Of a DNA stretch of 46,844 nt, positions 7,348-17,453 are shown piece by piece (the first letter of the stretch is position 1; each line of letters opens with the position of its first letter). Source of the DNA: a virus (lineage: Duplodnaviria; Caudoviricetes); the IMG/VR virus record IMGVR_UViG_3300011416_000016, positions 1 through 46,844 of that record, one strand, 5' to 3'. A program made the translations under genes and the position numbers. The notes beneath the pieces were generated by a model. The model saw nothing but the letters and a program-made list of their open reading frames with translations, had not been told where the DNA came from and ran no database searches.

Positions 7348-9078
7348 GTGTACAACGCTGGCGTACGAGAGAAGCTCCTGATCGCGAAGGAGAAGCGGCG
7401 CACCTCGAAGCGAGCGTTCATGGATCGGTACAACCGACTCGTGAACGATCGCAGCACCTGGGTGCCGCACTGGCGTGACATCGGTGAGCACATTCTGGCT
7501 CGACGCATGCGCCTGCTCTACGACAGCGGAAAGCGCAACTTCGGTGGCAAGGTCAATCAGAAGATCATCAACTCGACCGCATCCCAGGCTCTTCGCATCC
7601 TCAGCTCGGGGATGATGAGCGGCATCAGCTCGCCAGCTCGCCCGTGGTTCCGACTCACGACTCCGTACCCGGAGCTGATGAACGTCGAGTCCATTCGCGG
7701 CTGGCTGCGAGCGGTTGAAGTCCTGATGCGGAGCGTGTTCGCGCGCTCGAATATCTACTCGATCCTGCAGCTGACCTACCGAGATCTCGCAGCATTCGGC
7801 ATCGCCGCCCAGTGCGTCGAGGAAGACGATCGCGATGTGATCCGCGGCTACAGCTACCCCATCGGGTCGTACGTGGTACAGAACGATCACAGACTGTCGG
7901 TCGACACGATCTACCACGAGAAGTGGATGACCGTCGGCCAGATCGCTGAAGAGTTCGGGTTCGACAACGCGAGCGTTGGTCTCAAGGCGAAGTGGGAGAA
8001 CAACGAGATCGACGCTTACGTCCGCATTCTGCACTGCATCGAGCCCAACGAGACCTATGACGCCTCGCAGTTTGGAAGGGCCGGGAAGAAGTACCGCAGC
8101 GTGTGGCTTGAGTACGACTCCGGGACCGAAGATGGTGAGCCGCTGTTCGAGGCCGTCGGCTTCAACGAGTTCCCTGCGATGGTCCCTCGGTGGGATCTCA
8201 CAGCAGAGGACACCTACGGGAACAGCCCAGGCATGGACGCTCTCGGCGACATCCGCGCCTTGCAGCAGCTGGAGCGTCGCAAGCTCACGGCTCTCGACAA
8301 GGTTGTGAATCCTCCGATGACCGCGCCCGTAGAGCTGGAGCGCAAGAAGCGGTCTCAGCTCGCTGGCGATGTCACATTCCTCTCGAACGCTGCTGGCGGT
8401 CAGAAGTTCGAGCCCGCCTACCAGATCGACTCGCGCGTGGTCATGATCCGCGAGGAGATCCTGATCCACCAGAACCGCATCGAGAAGGTCTTCTACAACG
8501 ACCTGTTCCTCATGCTGGCGAGCATGGATCAGGCGCAGCCGATCACGGCGCGCGAGGTCGACGAGCGGCACGAGGAGAAGATGCTGCAGCTCGGGCCCGT
8601 GCTGGAGCGCCTGCATGACGAGCTGCTCACGCCCCTCATCGATCGCACGTTCGAGATCATGCTGCGTCGCGGGATGATCCCTGAGCCTCCGATCGAGCTG
8701 CAGGGCATGGAGCTTAGGGTCGAGTTCATATCGATCCTGGCCCAGGCCCAGAAGCTCCTCGGCACGATCTCCGTCGAGCGCCTGGTGTCGTTCGTCGGGA
8801 ACATGGCCGCGGTGTTCCCCGACGTGGTGGACAAAATCAACTCCGACAACGTGGTCGACGACTACGCCGACATGCTCGGGACTGATCCCGACGAGGTCGT
8901 GACCGGCGACGAGCTGGCCGCGAAGCGTCAGCAGCGAGCGCAGCAGCAGCAGATGGCGGCGATGGCCGCGATGGCGAAGCCAGCGTCCGATGCGGCGAAC
9001 GCAGCGTCGAACCTCGCTGCGGCCGACCAAGGGCAACCGGGAACGCTTGACTCTCTCGTTGGGGCGTTGCAGCCATGA
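7348..9078 (+). CDS. Portal (head-to-tail connector; T7 gp8/BPP-1 Bbp21 type)
   Basis: SPARPWFRL, YGNSPGMDALGD, TAREVDERHEEKMLQLGPVLERL. Confidence 0.95.
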   Translation: MYNAGVREKLLIAKEKRRTSKRAFMDRYNRLVNDRSTWVPHWRDIGEHILARRMRLLYDSGKRNFGGKVNQKIINSTASQALRILSSGMMSGISSPARPWFRLTTPYPELMNVESIRGWLRAVEVLMRSVFARSNIYSILQLTYRDLAAFGIAAQCVEEDDRDVIRGYSYPIGSYVVQNDHRLSVDTIYHEKWMTVGQIAEEFGFDNASVGLKAKWENNEIDAYVRILHCIEPNETYDASQFGRAGKKYRSVWLEYDSGTEDGEPLFEAVGFNEFPAMVPRWDLTAEDTYGNSPGMDALGDIRALQQLERRKLTALDKVVNPPMTAPVELERKKRSQLAGDVTFLSNAAGGQKFEPAYQIDSRVVMIREEILIHQNRIEKVFYNDLFLMLASMDQAQPITAREVDERHEEKMLQLGPVLERLHDELLTPLIDRTFEIMLRRGMIPEPPIELQGMELRVEFISILAQAQKLLGTISVERLVSFVGNMAAVFPDVVDKINSDNVVDDYADMLGTDPDEVVTGDELAAKRQQRAQQQQMAAMAAMAKPASDAANAASNLAAADQGQPGTLDSLVGALQP

Positions 9079-9419
9079 GCGAGAAGGTGGAGCCCCTCAA
9101 CGAGGTCACCAAGATCGGCGAGCTTGGCGATGAGGCCAAGGTCGGGAAGATGCGAGACAAGGACGCTCTTGCGATCGAGCAGGAGGAGCACGACATCAAG
9201 GCCGTCATGCAGACGAGTGAGGGGCGGCGATTCGTGGCGACGATCATCAAGGACTGTGGGGTCGGGGACATCGCGTATCGCGAGTCGGGCCGACTCACGG
9301 CATTCGCACTGGGTCAGCAGAACTTCGGGCACATGCTGGTCGCAAAGCTGCGGACCTACTGCCTGGAGCTGATGCGACTCATGGAAGACGAGGATCGCGA
9401 TGAGCGGAAACGCAACTGA
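9075..9419 (+). CDS. Bbp19-like protein
   Basis: DIKAVMQTSEGRRFV...TAFALGQQNFG; lies between portal and scaffold. Confidence 0.75.
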   Translation: MSEKVEPLNEVTKIGELGDEAKVGKMRDKDALAIEQEEHDIKAVMQTSEGRRFVATIIKDCGVGDIAYRESGRLTAFALGQQNFGHMLVAKLRTYCLELMRLMEDEDRDERKRN

Positions 9420-10101
9420 AGTAGCAACGCCTGCCGCGCCTGTGGTTCCGGCCACACCAGCAGAACCCGCAGCTAAGTCTGCGGCAGCAACCGAAACGAA
9501 ACCGACCGAGACTCCAGCTCCAGCTGCCACGCCCGAGGCGAAAGCCGCAGACGGCACCGCGCTGACGCAGGGAACACCGGCCGAGATCGTGTACGACATC
9601 AAGGCCCCGCAAGGAGTCGACCTCGACCCTGAGGCAGTCAGCTCGTTCGTGGATTTTGCGAAAGCAGAAAAGATCCCGGCAGAGCTGGCGCAGAAGTTCG
9701 TCGAGTACGGCGTGAAGCATCAGGCCAAGATGGCTGAGGCCAGCGAGAAGGCCCTGGCCGATCAAGTCCTCGCGGACGAGAAGGCCGGGTTCGACGAGCT
9801 GAAGAAAGACCCCGAGCTGGGCGGCTCGAACTACGAGCAGACCTTGAAGCTCGCGGCAGAGGGGTTCCAGAAGTTCGCGACGAAGGACGAGATTGCGTTC
9901 ATGGAGAGCACGAGGCTCGGCAATCGCGTTCCGATGATCAAGCTCTTCCATCGCATCGCCCTCGCATTCCGTGAGGACCGTGGGATCGGAAGGGGAGCAG
10001 CAAACCAACCCGCAGGCGCAGGCAAGAGCGATGAGGCCACGCTGAGGGAACTGTACCCGAACAGCCCTGAGTTGTTCGGAGACAAGAAAACGGAGAACTG
10101 A
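9400..10101 (+). CDS. Capsid scaffolding protein
   Basis: Ala/Pro/Glu-rich N-terminus; LGNRVPMIKLFHRI..FRED and terminal LYP; precedes the MCP. Confidence 0.8.
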   Translation: MSGNATEVATPAAPVVPATPAEPAAKSAAATETKPTETPAPAATPEAKAADGTALTQGTPAEIVYDIKAPQGVDLDPEAVSSFVDFAKAEKIPAELAQKFVEYGVKHQAKMAEASEKALADQVLADEKAGFDELKKDPELGGSNYEQTLKLAAEGFQKFATKDEIAFMESTRLGNRVPMIKLFHRIALAFREDRGIGRGAANQPAGAGKSDEATLRELYPNSPELFGDKKTEN

Positions 10102-10103
10102 CA

Positions 10104-11108
10104 ATGGCAGAGCTGAATATCACGGACCCGACCCTGCTCGACATGGTCCGTCGGCAAGACCCCGACGGCTCCATCGCGCAGATCATCGAGATCCTGTCGA
10201 AGAAGAACCCCATCCTCATGGATGCGGTCGCGAAGGAGGGCAACCTCCAGACGGGGCATCGATTCACCACGCGCAACACGGAACCGGCGCTCGGATGGCG
10301 GCGGTTCAACGACGGCGTCGTGCCGTCGAAGAGCACCACGACCCAGTACGACGAGAGCTGCGGGATGCTGGAAGGCTTCTCGTACGTCGACTGCGGACTC
10401 GCGGAGCTGAACGGGAATCAGGCCGCGTTCCGGGCCTCAGAGGACAAGGCGTTCCTGTCTTCGATGAACAAGGAGGTCGCTCGCGCTCTGATCTATGCGA
10501 GCGTCGACGACAACCCCGAGGAGATTCACGGGCTGTCGACTCGGTACGACACGCTCACGACGCCGAACGTGATCGACTACTCCGCCATGACTGGTGCGGT
10601 CGCCGACTCCGGGGCGGACAGCACGTCGATCTGGTTCGTGTGCTGGGGCGAGGACACGACCTACATGATCTATCCGAAGGGCATGAACGGCGGGCTCGTG
10701 TCGGAAGATCTCAGCAAGCAGATCGTCGACGCCGGTTCGTCCAAGAAGTACACCGCGTGGGTCACCCACTGGAAGTGGAACCTGGGCTTGTGCGTCCAAG
10801 ATCGACGCCAAATTGCCAGGGTCTGCAACATCGACTCAAGCGCGATCCAGACAGCCACAGACGCCGAGATGGCTGTCCTCATCAATGCCATGGTCAAGGC
10901 CTACTACCGGCTGTACGACCCCAACGCCGGTCGGTTGTCGATCTACTGCAATCGCGTCGTGGCCGAGGCCCTGCATCGCGGCGCGATGTCGAAGGCGTCC
11001 TCGCAGCTCACGCTCGAAACCTTCGCCGGGAAGCCGGTCACGGCGTTCCTCGGATACCCCGTTCGGGTTGTCGACGCCATCCTCAACAACGAAACGTCGC
11101 TGGTCTAA
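10104..11108 (+). CDS. Major capsid protein (Bbp17-like)
   Basis: PTLLD...IIEIL..NPIL.D...WRRFNDGV..SKS...VD..LA.LNGN..AFRASED; C-terminal FLGYPVRVVDAILNNE. Confidence 0.93.
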   Translation: MAELNITDPTLLDMVRRQDPDGSIAQIIEILSKKNPILMDAVAKEGNLQTGHRFTTRNTEPALGWRRFNDGVVPSKSTTTQYDESCGMLEGFSYVDCGLAELNGNQAAFRASEDKAFLSSMNKEVARALIYASVDDNPEEIHGLSTRYDTLTTPNVIDYSAMTGAVADSGADSTSIWFVCWGEDTTYMIYPKGMNGGLVSEDLSKQIVDAGSSKKYTAWVTHWKWNLGLCVQDRRQIARVCNIDSSAIQTATDAEMAVLINAMVKAYYRLYDPNAGRLSIYCNRVVAEALHRGAMSKASSQLTLETFAGKPVTAFLGYPVRVVDAILNNETSLV

Positions 11109-11130
11109 GCGGGACAAGGGAGAATAGAAA

Positions 11131-11589
11131 ATGCTTTTGGACAAACAGAACATCTTCAGCGACGTGCTGCTCTCGTCGATCACGGCCGCGTCGACGACAC
11201 TGTCGGATGTCATCGACCTTCTCGGTGGCGGGACAGCGCAGAGTGACACGTTCGGGGGCGCGCTCTCGGACATCACTCCCAACCTCGCCGATCTCGACAT
11301 CGTCGCGATCATCACCGACGCAGCGGCTGCTGGTGGCACAAGCCTTCAGCTCCAGCTGGTGACAGGAGCAACGTCGGGCGCAGTCACGACCGTCGTTCAC
11401 ACGACCGCAGCTATCCTGACGGCGGCTCTCGTTCCCGGCTATCGGTTCGGCATCGAGATCCCCCGTGGGTTCCCGATGCAACGCTGGATTGGCGTGAACC
11501 GAATTCAGGCTGGCACGGCGTTCACCGGAGTCGGACGCCTCATGCTTGCGGTCGTGCCGCGTGGTGGACAGCAGACGGCGCAGGCGTAG
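11131..11589 (+). CDS. Capsid cement/decoration protein (Bbp16-like)
   Basis: MLLDKQNIFS...DVIDL...LVPGYR...QRWIGV; follows the MCP. Confidence 0.8.
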   Translation: MLLDKQNIFSDVLLSSITAASTTLSDVIDLLGGGTAQSDTFGGALSDITPNLADLDIVAIITDAAAAGGTSLQLQLVTGATSGAVTTVVHTTAAILTAALVPGYRFGIEIPRGFPMQRWIGVNRIQAGTAFTGVGRLMLAVVPRGGQQTAQA

Positions 11590-11598
11590 GGAGGACTG

Positions 11599-11811
11599 AT
11601 GGCCAAGAAGTACATTTTGGAGCACTCCGCCTTCTACGGTAGGGGTCACTACTACAAGCCGGGAGAGCCGTTCGAGCTTCCTCCAGGTTGTAAGCCGCCG
11701 ACTCACGCCATCCCGTACGAGGCGTACGTCGCGCCAGAGCCCGTCGCCGACTCGAAGCCCGCGCTCTCTGAGATGGGCAAGGTCGAAAAGTCGTCGAAGC
11801 GCAAGGACTGA
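11599..11811 (+). CDS. Small hypothetical virion-associated protein
   Basis: GGAGG RBS; YYKPGEPFEL beta motif. Confidence 0.7.
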   Translation: MAKKYILEHSAFYGRGHYYKPGEPFELPPGCKPPTHAIPYEAYVAPEPVADSKPALSEMGKVEKSSKRKD

Positions 11812-11827
11812 CAACGCACCAACTTCC

Positions 11828-11856
11828 GGCCCACCTCCGAAAGGGGGTGGGCCTTT
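11828..11856 (+). terminator. Intrinsic terminator/attenuator after the capsid genes
   Basis: GGCCCACCTCC-GAAA-GGGGGTGGGCC followed by only TTT, so probably leaky. Confidence 0.75.
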
Positions 11857-11866
11857 CGAGGCGATC

Positions 11867-11992
11867 ATGGCCGACAAATCGAAGGACAAGCCAAAGGGAA
11901 CGGTGAAGATGGGCGGCACAGGAAAGATCCAGCGCGTGCCCACTCCGCCGAAGAAGAAGAAAGTTCCGGACAGCAAGGGTCGGTACGCCTAG
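11867..11992 (+). CDS. 41-aa Lys-rich peptide (MADKSKDKPKGTVKMGG...)
   Basis: Hand-translated; GAGG RBS; below the ORF-track length cutoff. Confidence 0.6.
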   Translation: MADKSKDKPKGTVKMGGTGKIQRVPTPPKKKKVPDSKGRYA

Positions 11993-11993
11993 C

Positions 11994-12137
11994 ATGGGCG
12001 CGAAGGTGGACAGGGCGATCAAGTCCGTTCAGTCGAGCGGAAAGTCAAAGTCCATTGCGATCGCCATCCTCAAGTCGAAGGGCGTGATCCACCAGTCGGG
12101 AAAGCACCTCGCTTCCGGGTCGAAGAGGAAGAAGTAG
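11994..12137 (+). CDS. 47-aa basic peptide (MGAKVDRAIKSVQSSGKSKSIAIAILKSKG...)
   Basis: Hand-translated; abuts both neighbours. Confidence 0.65.
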   Translation: MGAKVDRAIKSVQSSGKSKSIAIAILKSKGVIHQSGKHLASGSKRKK

Positions 12138-12509
12138 GTGAGGGCCCCGTGGTTCGGAAAGAGCGATGAGGCCGTAGCGGCTCGCGCTGCTTCGGCTGTA
12201 GCGGCTCGTACGAAACGCGGAGCGAACCCGCTCGGTGATCCAGCTCCGCAGAAGAGCGCGCTGCAGAAGAAGGCTGCGACACGAGTCAAGGGCCTGTTCG
12301 AGAACGACCGAGACTCGAGAAAATTCAGAGAGCGGTTCAACGCGGGATGGAACCCGGTTCGTGCTCACACGCCGGAGATGGCGAAGCTCGACCAGGCTCT
12401 CCAGCTCGCGGACGAAGTGGACAAGGCAAACGGGGTACAGCATTCCAGGTACGCCGCAGAGCAGCGCGCGGCCTGGAGGAAGTCGCTCGGTGGAGCGGAG
12501 GGACGATGA
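12138..12509 (+). CDS. Basic hypothetical protein
   Basis: Contiguous ORF in the late operon. Confidence 0.6.
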   Translation: MRAPWFGKSDEAVAARAASAVAARTKRGANPLGDPAPQKSALQKKAATRVKGLFENDRDSRKFRERFNAGWNPVRAHTPEMAKLDQALQLADEVDKANGVQHSRYAAEQRAAWRKSLGGAEGR

Positions 12510-12676
12510 AGAAGTCAATCTCGCAGACCGCGCAAGAACGCAAGGACAAGCTCACGGGCAAGGGCCAGGACGCGAAGAGCATCGAGAACCGCGTCCATTA
12601 CGAGAGCATGAACGACGAGGGCTTCACTCGCGGCGGCGGCAAGGCCCCGGCCACCAAGCCGAAGACCAAGAAGTAG
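12506..12676 (+). CDS. 56-aa Lys-rich peptide
   Basis: GGAGG RBS; ATGA overlap. Confidence 0.65.
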   Translation: MKKSISQTAQERKDKLTGKGQDAKSIENRVHYESMNDEGFTRGGGKAPATKPKTKK

Positions 12677-12679
12677 CGC

Positions 12680-13318
12680 ATGGCCTCGCAGGTCGACATC
12701 TGCAACATGGCGCTCGGTCGCATCGGCGCGCGACAGCGCATCGGGTCGATGAACGAGCAGAGCGAGGAGGCTCGCATCCTCAAGCTCGTCTACCCACAGA
12801 TCCTCGGTCTCACGCTCGAACAGGTGGACTGGGGATTCGCTCGTCGACGCAAGGCCCTGACGCTTCTTGAGACCGACCCGAACGACTTCTGGGCGTTCCG
12901 CTACGAGCTTCCTGCGGACTGCGCGTGCCCGCGCAACATCCAGGGCTTCACCCGCAACCCAACCATCGAGGAGCTGATCCCGTGGGAGGTCGAGGGCGAG
13001 GACGATCCGGCGAAGCGGACGATCTTCTCCGACATGGAGGAGGCCGTCCTCCAGTACACGCGCAACGACGTTCCTACCGGATCGTATCCATCGCATTTCG
13101 TACACGCGCTCGCGTGGAACCTCGCCGTCGAGATCGCGATGCCGCTGACCGGAACCACGGATGTCGTGTCGTACGCGATCAACGCAGCGAACGCCGCGGT
13201 GATCCAGTGCGGATCGATGTCAGCGAACCAGCGCCAGCCAGACGACGCCAGGGAATCCGAATTCGTCCGCGCCCGTGATGGCGGCGTGGACACGACGATT
13301 AGGGCCAACCATTCGTAG
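12680..13318 (+). CDS. Tail tubular protein A / adaptor (T7 gp11-like)
   Basis: SQVDICNMALGRIG...WGFARRR..L...YELPADC...FVHALAWNLA.EIAMPL. Confidence 0.88.
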   Translation: MASQVDICNMALGRIGARQRIGSMNEQSEEARILKLVYPQILGLTLEQVDWGFARRRKALTLLETDPNDFWAFRYELPADCACPRNIQGFTRNPTIEELIPWEVEGEDDPAKRTIFSDMEEAVLQYTRNDVPTGSYPSHFVHALAWNLAVEIAMPLTGTTDVVSYAINAANAAVIQCGSMSANQRQPDDARESEFVRARDGGVDTTIRANHS

Positions 13319-13326
13319 GGGGACGG

Positions 13327-16300
13327 ATGCCGACTCCTATCCAGCAGTCAACCCTGTCTGGCGGCGAGCTTGCGCCGTCTCTCTACGGCCGCGTCGACAT
13401 CGAGCGTTACAGGCAGTCGGCTGCTCTCGTTGAGAACTTCGTAGTCGACCCGCACGGGGGTGTTAGGAACCGGCAGGGATCTGAGAAGTTCGGAGAGTGC
13501 AAGTTCGACGACGGCTCGACCTTCCGTCTGATCACGTTCGCACCTTCGGCCGAAGAGAGTTACGTCTTGGAGTTCGGCCATCAGTACCTAAGAATTCACG
13601 ACAAGGATGGACTGCTCTACTCGGGCGGGTACGCTGCGCTACAGGTCAACGATAAGGTTCCGTTCGATGGCTACGCTGGCAACACGTCGTTCGTCTACGA
13701 CGACTTCCACGGCCAGGAGTTCATAGGAGATGCCGTCAGCCCGTTCGAGATTGGAAAGATAGGGTTCAAGCTCGTAAGGAGCTTCGGCACGAAGTTCTCA
13801 AACGCCAAGGTAGCGATCTTCACGAACGTCGCTGGCCTCCCTGGCGTCGAAGTCCCAGGGCTCGGGTTTAACGACTTCCAGTCTATGGAGGACGTTGACC
13901 TTGCCACCGTTCCCCACATTGGGACAGGGGTGGATGGCGGCTGGGTCTACTTCAAACTGAAAGACCCAACGGCTGGAGCGGCCCCGTTCGCACCGGGGAC
14001 AATCCTCCACGCAGTGATCCGTCTCGACCACTTCGTTGACGCAGAGCAGCTCTACTACCGAGTGACAAACTCTCAGGGCGACCTATTCCCTGGCGGGCGG
14101 TACTCGCGCAAGGCAGACACGATCGCAGCGGTGTGGACCCTCCAGGCCGCTGGCCTAGACCTGTGCTTTGGCGTGTTCAATAACGACCAACCGGCCGTCG
14201 TCGAGCTGGTAACGCCGTGGACTGCGACCACCCAGGACGATGAGGGGACCGAGTCACAGATCTCCAGGCTCACCGTGACGCAGTCGGTTGACGTGATGAC
14301 CATCGTGGACGGGACTAAAATCAACCACGCCTACGAGCTGAAACGCGCCAGCGGCGACGCCTGGACGCTCGACACGATCCAGAAGTTCACTAGCGTTGGA
14401 GAGCCCGACGCTGTGCTGTTCCCTGCGATCGGACAGCCAACGCTCGCTCCAACGAGGACGTGGCAGTATGCCGTCGCCGGGGTGACGGTGGACGGGAAGG
14501 AGAGTCTTCCGAAACTGTCAGCCGAGCGCGAGGTCGGCGCTAACGTGTCGACCGTCATCCCGCAGCTGATCGAGATCACATGCGGTGACATCGTTGTCGA
14601 TCACTACGCGGTCTACAAGGGTCTCGATGGGACGTTTGGGTTTATTGGGACTGCGCGTTGGCCGAGGACTGTGACCGAGCTGGCCGATGCCGCGTACTGG
14701 CGAGCGTACCATCTCGCATTCCATGAGTACGTCGTGTCTCTCGGACGTCGCCTACAGGACAGCGACCTGACCGCTGCCTACGCCTACGCCACAGCCGCTG
14801 GAGTAGCGGCTCGTGACGCAGCGGCAATAGCCGGAGGCGTTACACCTAACGTCGACATCCTGCGCTTCGAGGATGAGAATATCGCCCCTGACTATACGGA
14901 CCCGCCGCGCAACGGAGCGAACGAATTCACCGAGGACGGGCGGTACAAGCCAGCCTGCGTCGCCTACTACCAGCAGCGGCTCGTGTTTGCCAACGTGCTC
15001 GACCGGGTTGACACGATCTTCATGTCGGAGGTGAGCGACTACCAGAGCTTCCAGCGCAGCATCCCTACGGTGGACGACGACGCAATCGAGGCGACGCTCG
15101 CGCAGACCCAGCTAAACGAGATCAGGTTCCTCGTCCCTATGCGGGATCTGCTTGTACTCACGACCGGGGCCGAACACGTCCTCTCCGGTGGCGGCAAGCC
15201 TGTGACACCATCAAACCTTGACGCCGCTCCGGTCAGCCATCGAGGCAGTGGCACGCTGCATCCTCTCGTGGTCGGGAACGTGATCCTCTTCAAGGACATC
15301 GGGGGCCACGTCCGCGAGTGGCTCTACGAGCACAACTCGAACGACTATCCAGCGGCAGACGTCGGTCTCCTGGCGAATCACCTGTTCAGAGACGAGGCCA
15401 CCGGCAAGCCGGTGAAGATCACGGAGTGGGCGTACGTGTCGTCTCCGTCATCGGTGATCACGGCAATCCGAGCGGACGGGCTCATGCTGACATTCACCTA
15501 CGTTCGAGATCAGAACGTGGCCGCATGGACTCGACACGTCACCGATGGGAAGTACCGATCGGTGTGCTCTGCACGAAACCTCGACGCTGAGGGTGAGACC
15601 ATCTACACGGTGGTCGAGCGCGAGGTTGCTGGGGCAAGGACGTGGTTCATCGAGAAGAGCGCGACGCGCGACTTCACGTCGCCGTTTTCAGACTGCGCCG
15701 TCATCGTCGAGCTTGACTCCCAGACTCGCAACGGTGAGGCCGTTGGCGAGGACAACTGGGAGTTCATGCTCGGGACCGGGAGTGGCTGGAGCATCGACAC
15801 GCTCGCCGAGCTGGTCTCTGGGGCGACCTGTGAGATCCGAATTCCGAAGTTCATCCTCCCCGGCTCGCTCCTCGGTACCCCCGTCTACCCAGACTTCGCT
15901 GGTGACGAGAAGCGGTGGATCGTCCTGTACGACGCCGACGGGAACCGCTACACGATGCAGATCCTCTCGGTGTGGCCTGGAATCGGCAACGAGGACACCT
16001 ATCAGGTCGTGCTGAACATGGACATCCCCGCGGCCCTCGCCGTGGCTCCTGACGGCTCGCGTTGGGAGCTTGGGGCGAAGAGGTTCGTGGGCTACGACCA
16101 CCTGATCGGCGAGACCGTCGCTGTGCGCGGAGACTCAGGGGCCCACGCGCCTCTAGTGGTTGAGGCCGACGGATCGATCACGCTGAACCTGATCGTTAAC
16201 ACTTGCGCCGCAGGTCTTCCGTTCGAGTCGACCGTGAGGACGCTCCCGCTTGCCGGGGGCCGTGGCGACATCAAGTCCAAGCAGAAGCTGATCAGCATCT

Positions 16301-16527
16301 GCGGCATCGACATCGCCGAGTCTGCCGGGATCTGGGCTGGAGAGTCGCTCGACAGCATGACTCAGCAGCGCGCCGCATTCGACGACCCGACTGCTCCGCA
16401 GACAGGGCGCGTCGACGTGCGCTACCAGAACACTTGGAACACGGGCGGTCAGATCTACATACAGAACCGAGATCCAATCGCCTGCACGATCCTCGGGTTC
16501 TCTCCGGAGGTGAGCGTTGGAGGTTAG
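13327..16527 (+). CDS. Tail tubular protein B / nozzle (T7 gp12-like) with inserted domains
   Basis: QSTLSGGELAPSLYGRVD..RY...NFVV..HGG..NR.G; PACVAYYQQRLVFA; VAAWTRH.TDG. Confidence 0.9.
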   Translation: MPTPIQQSTLSGGELAPSLYGRVDIERYRQSAALVENFVVDPHGGVRNRQGSEKFGECKFDDGSTFRLITFAPSAEESYVLEFGHQYLRIHDKDGLLYSGGYAALQVNDKVPFDGYAGNTSFVYDDFHGQEFIGDAVSPFEIGKIGFKLVRSFGTKFSNAKVAIFTNVAGLPGVEVPGLGFNDFQSMEDVDLATVPHIGTGVDGGWVYFKLKDPTAGAAPFAPGTILHAVIRLDHFVDAEQLYYRVTNSQGDLFPGGRYSRKADTIAAVWTLQAAGLDLCFGVFNNDQPAVVELVTPWTATTQDDEGTESQISRLTVTQSVDVMTIVDGTKINHAYELKRASGDAWTLDTIQKFTSVGEPDAVLFPAIGQPTLAPTRTWQYAVAGVTVDGKESLPKLSAEREVGANVSTVIPQLIEITCGDIVVDHYAVYKGLDGTFGFIGTARWPRTVTELADAAYWRAYHLAFHEYVVSLGRRLQDSDLTAAYAYATAAGVAARDAAAIAGGVTPNVDILRFEDENIAPDYTDPPRNGANEFTEDGRYKPACVAYYQQRLVFANVLDRVDTIFMSEVSDYQSFQRSIPTVDDDAIEATLAQTQLNEIRFLVPMRDLLVLTTGAEHVLSGGGKPVTPSNLDAAPVSHRGSGTLHPLVVGNVILFKDIGGHVREWLYEHNSNDYPAADVGLLANHLFRDEATGKPVKITEWAYVSSPSSVITAIRADGLMLTFTYVRDQNVAAWTRHVTDGKYRSVCSARNLDAEGETIYTVVEREVAGARTWFIEKSATRDFTSPFSDCAVIVELDSQTRNGEAVGEDNWEFMLGTGSGWSIDTLAELVSGATCEIRIPKFILPGSLLGTPVYPDFAGDEKRWIVLYDADGNRYTMQILSVWPGIGNEDTYQVVLNMDIPAALAVAPDGSRWELGAKRFVGYDHLIGETVAVRGDSGAHAPLVVEADGSITLNLIVNTCAAGLPFESTVRTLPLAGGRGDIKSKQKLISICGIDIAESAGIWAGESLDSMTQQRAAFDDPTAPQTGRVDVRYQNTWNTGGQIYIQNRDPIACTILGFSPEVSVGG

Positions 16528-16975
16528 GTTCCCAGACGTGAAGGACTCTCACGTCCTAGAGCTTGCCGCGTTCATGCGCGTCGACGACATCGTCGAGTGT
16601 CACGACGCCGGGTACAGGAGCGCGCTCGAAGCAGTGCGTCACTCGGTCGAGGCATCGGTTGAGTGTCGGGCATGCACGATCGACGGCGAGGTCATGGCAA
16701 TCTACGGCGTGATTCCGAACGACGTGCTGAACGGGCACGGCACGCTCTGGCTCCTCACGACCGAGACCGTTGACGAGCACCGAAAGACGTTCGTGCGTTA
16801 CGCCTCGCTCGTGCTGCTCTTGCTGAAGACGAGGTGGCGAAGACTTAGTCTTGGCATCGGGTCACGACACGTCGGAGCCCTAAAGCTCGCGCTGCACTCT
16901 GGGTTCAAACCCGGAGAGACGTACTTCGATCGTGATACCGGACAGCCCTTCACGCTTCACACGATCGGAGGTTGA
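16517..16975 (+). CDS. Internal virion protein A (T7 gp13-like, GNAT fold)
   Basis: LAAFMR.DD..EC...G.VMAIYGV...GTLWLL.T; position after the nozzle. Confidence 0.75.
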   Translation: MEVRFPDVKDSHVLELAAFMRVDDIVECHDAGYRSALEAVRHSVEASVECRACTIDGEVMAIYGVIPNDVLNGHGTLWLLTTETVDEHRKTFVRYASLVLLLLKTRWRRLSLGIGSRHVGALKLALHSGFKPGETYFDRDTGQPFTLHTIGG

Positions 16976-16976
16976 C

Positions 16977-17453
16977 ATGGCTCCTGCCGCGATACCGCTA
17001 GTCATCTCGCTCGTCGGCACGGCGTACGGAGCCTACGCGCAGAAACAGGCCGGAGACTTTCAGGCGGCGATCGCCAAGCGCAACGCTGACGCCAAGGAGC
17101 AAGAGGCTCGCGACGCTCAGGCTCGCGGGCTCAACGAGGGCGTCGACATCGCGCTCAAGGGCGGTCAGGTCCGCGGGGCCATCAAGGCCGGGTTCGGAGC
17201 GTCCGGGGTCGAGACGACCAGCGGATCTGCTCTCGACGTCCTGAGTGATGCGGCAATGTTCACGGAGCTGGACAAGCAGACCGCCAAGTCCAATGCGGAT
17301 CGCGAAGCGTTCGCGCTTCGCGTAGGAGCTGGGAACTACCTGGCCCAGTCGTCGGCAGACAAGTCCAGCGGCCGCAATGCAGCGGCTGGGACGATCCTCA
17401 CAGGAACGTCGTCGGCTGTTGGGAACTACTACCAGGCTAAGGCGACGCGATGA
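16977..17453 (+). CDS. Ejection protein (T7 gp14-like)
   Basis: Hydrophobic N-terminus; ASGV...GSALDVL motif. Confidence 0.8.
   Translation: MAPAAIPLVISLVGTAYGAYAQKQAGDFQAAIAKRNADAKEQEARDAQARGLNEGVDIALKGGQVRGAIKAGFGASGVETTSGSALDVLSDAAMFTELDKQTAKSNADREAFALRVGAGNYLAQSSADKSSGRNAAAGTILTGTSSAVGNYYQAKATR

Noticed and set aside
8929-8953. CAG run
   Set aside because: Gln-rich portal C-terminus, common in this family
7222-9036. 604-aa antisense ORF over the portal, and similar long shadow ORFs elsewhere
   Set aside because: Expected by-product of high GC and codon bias; no motifs or RBS
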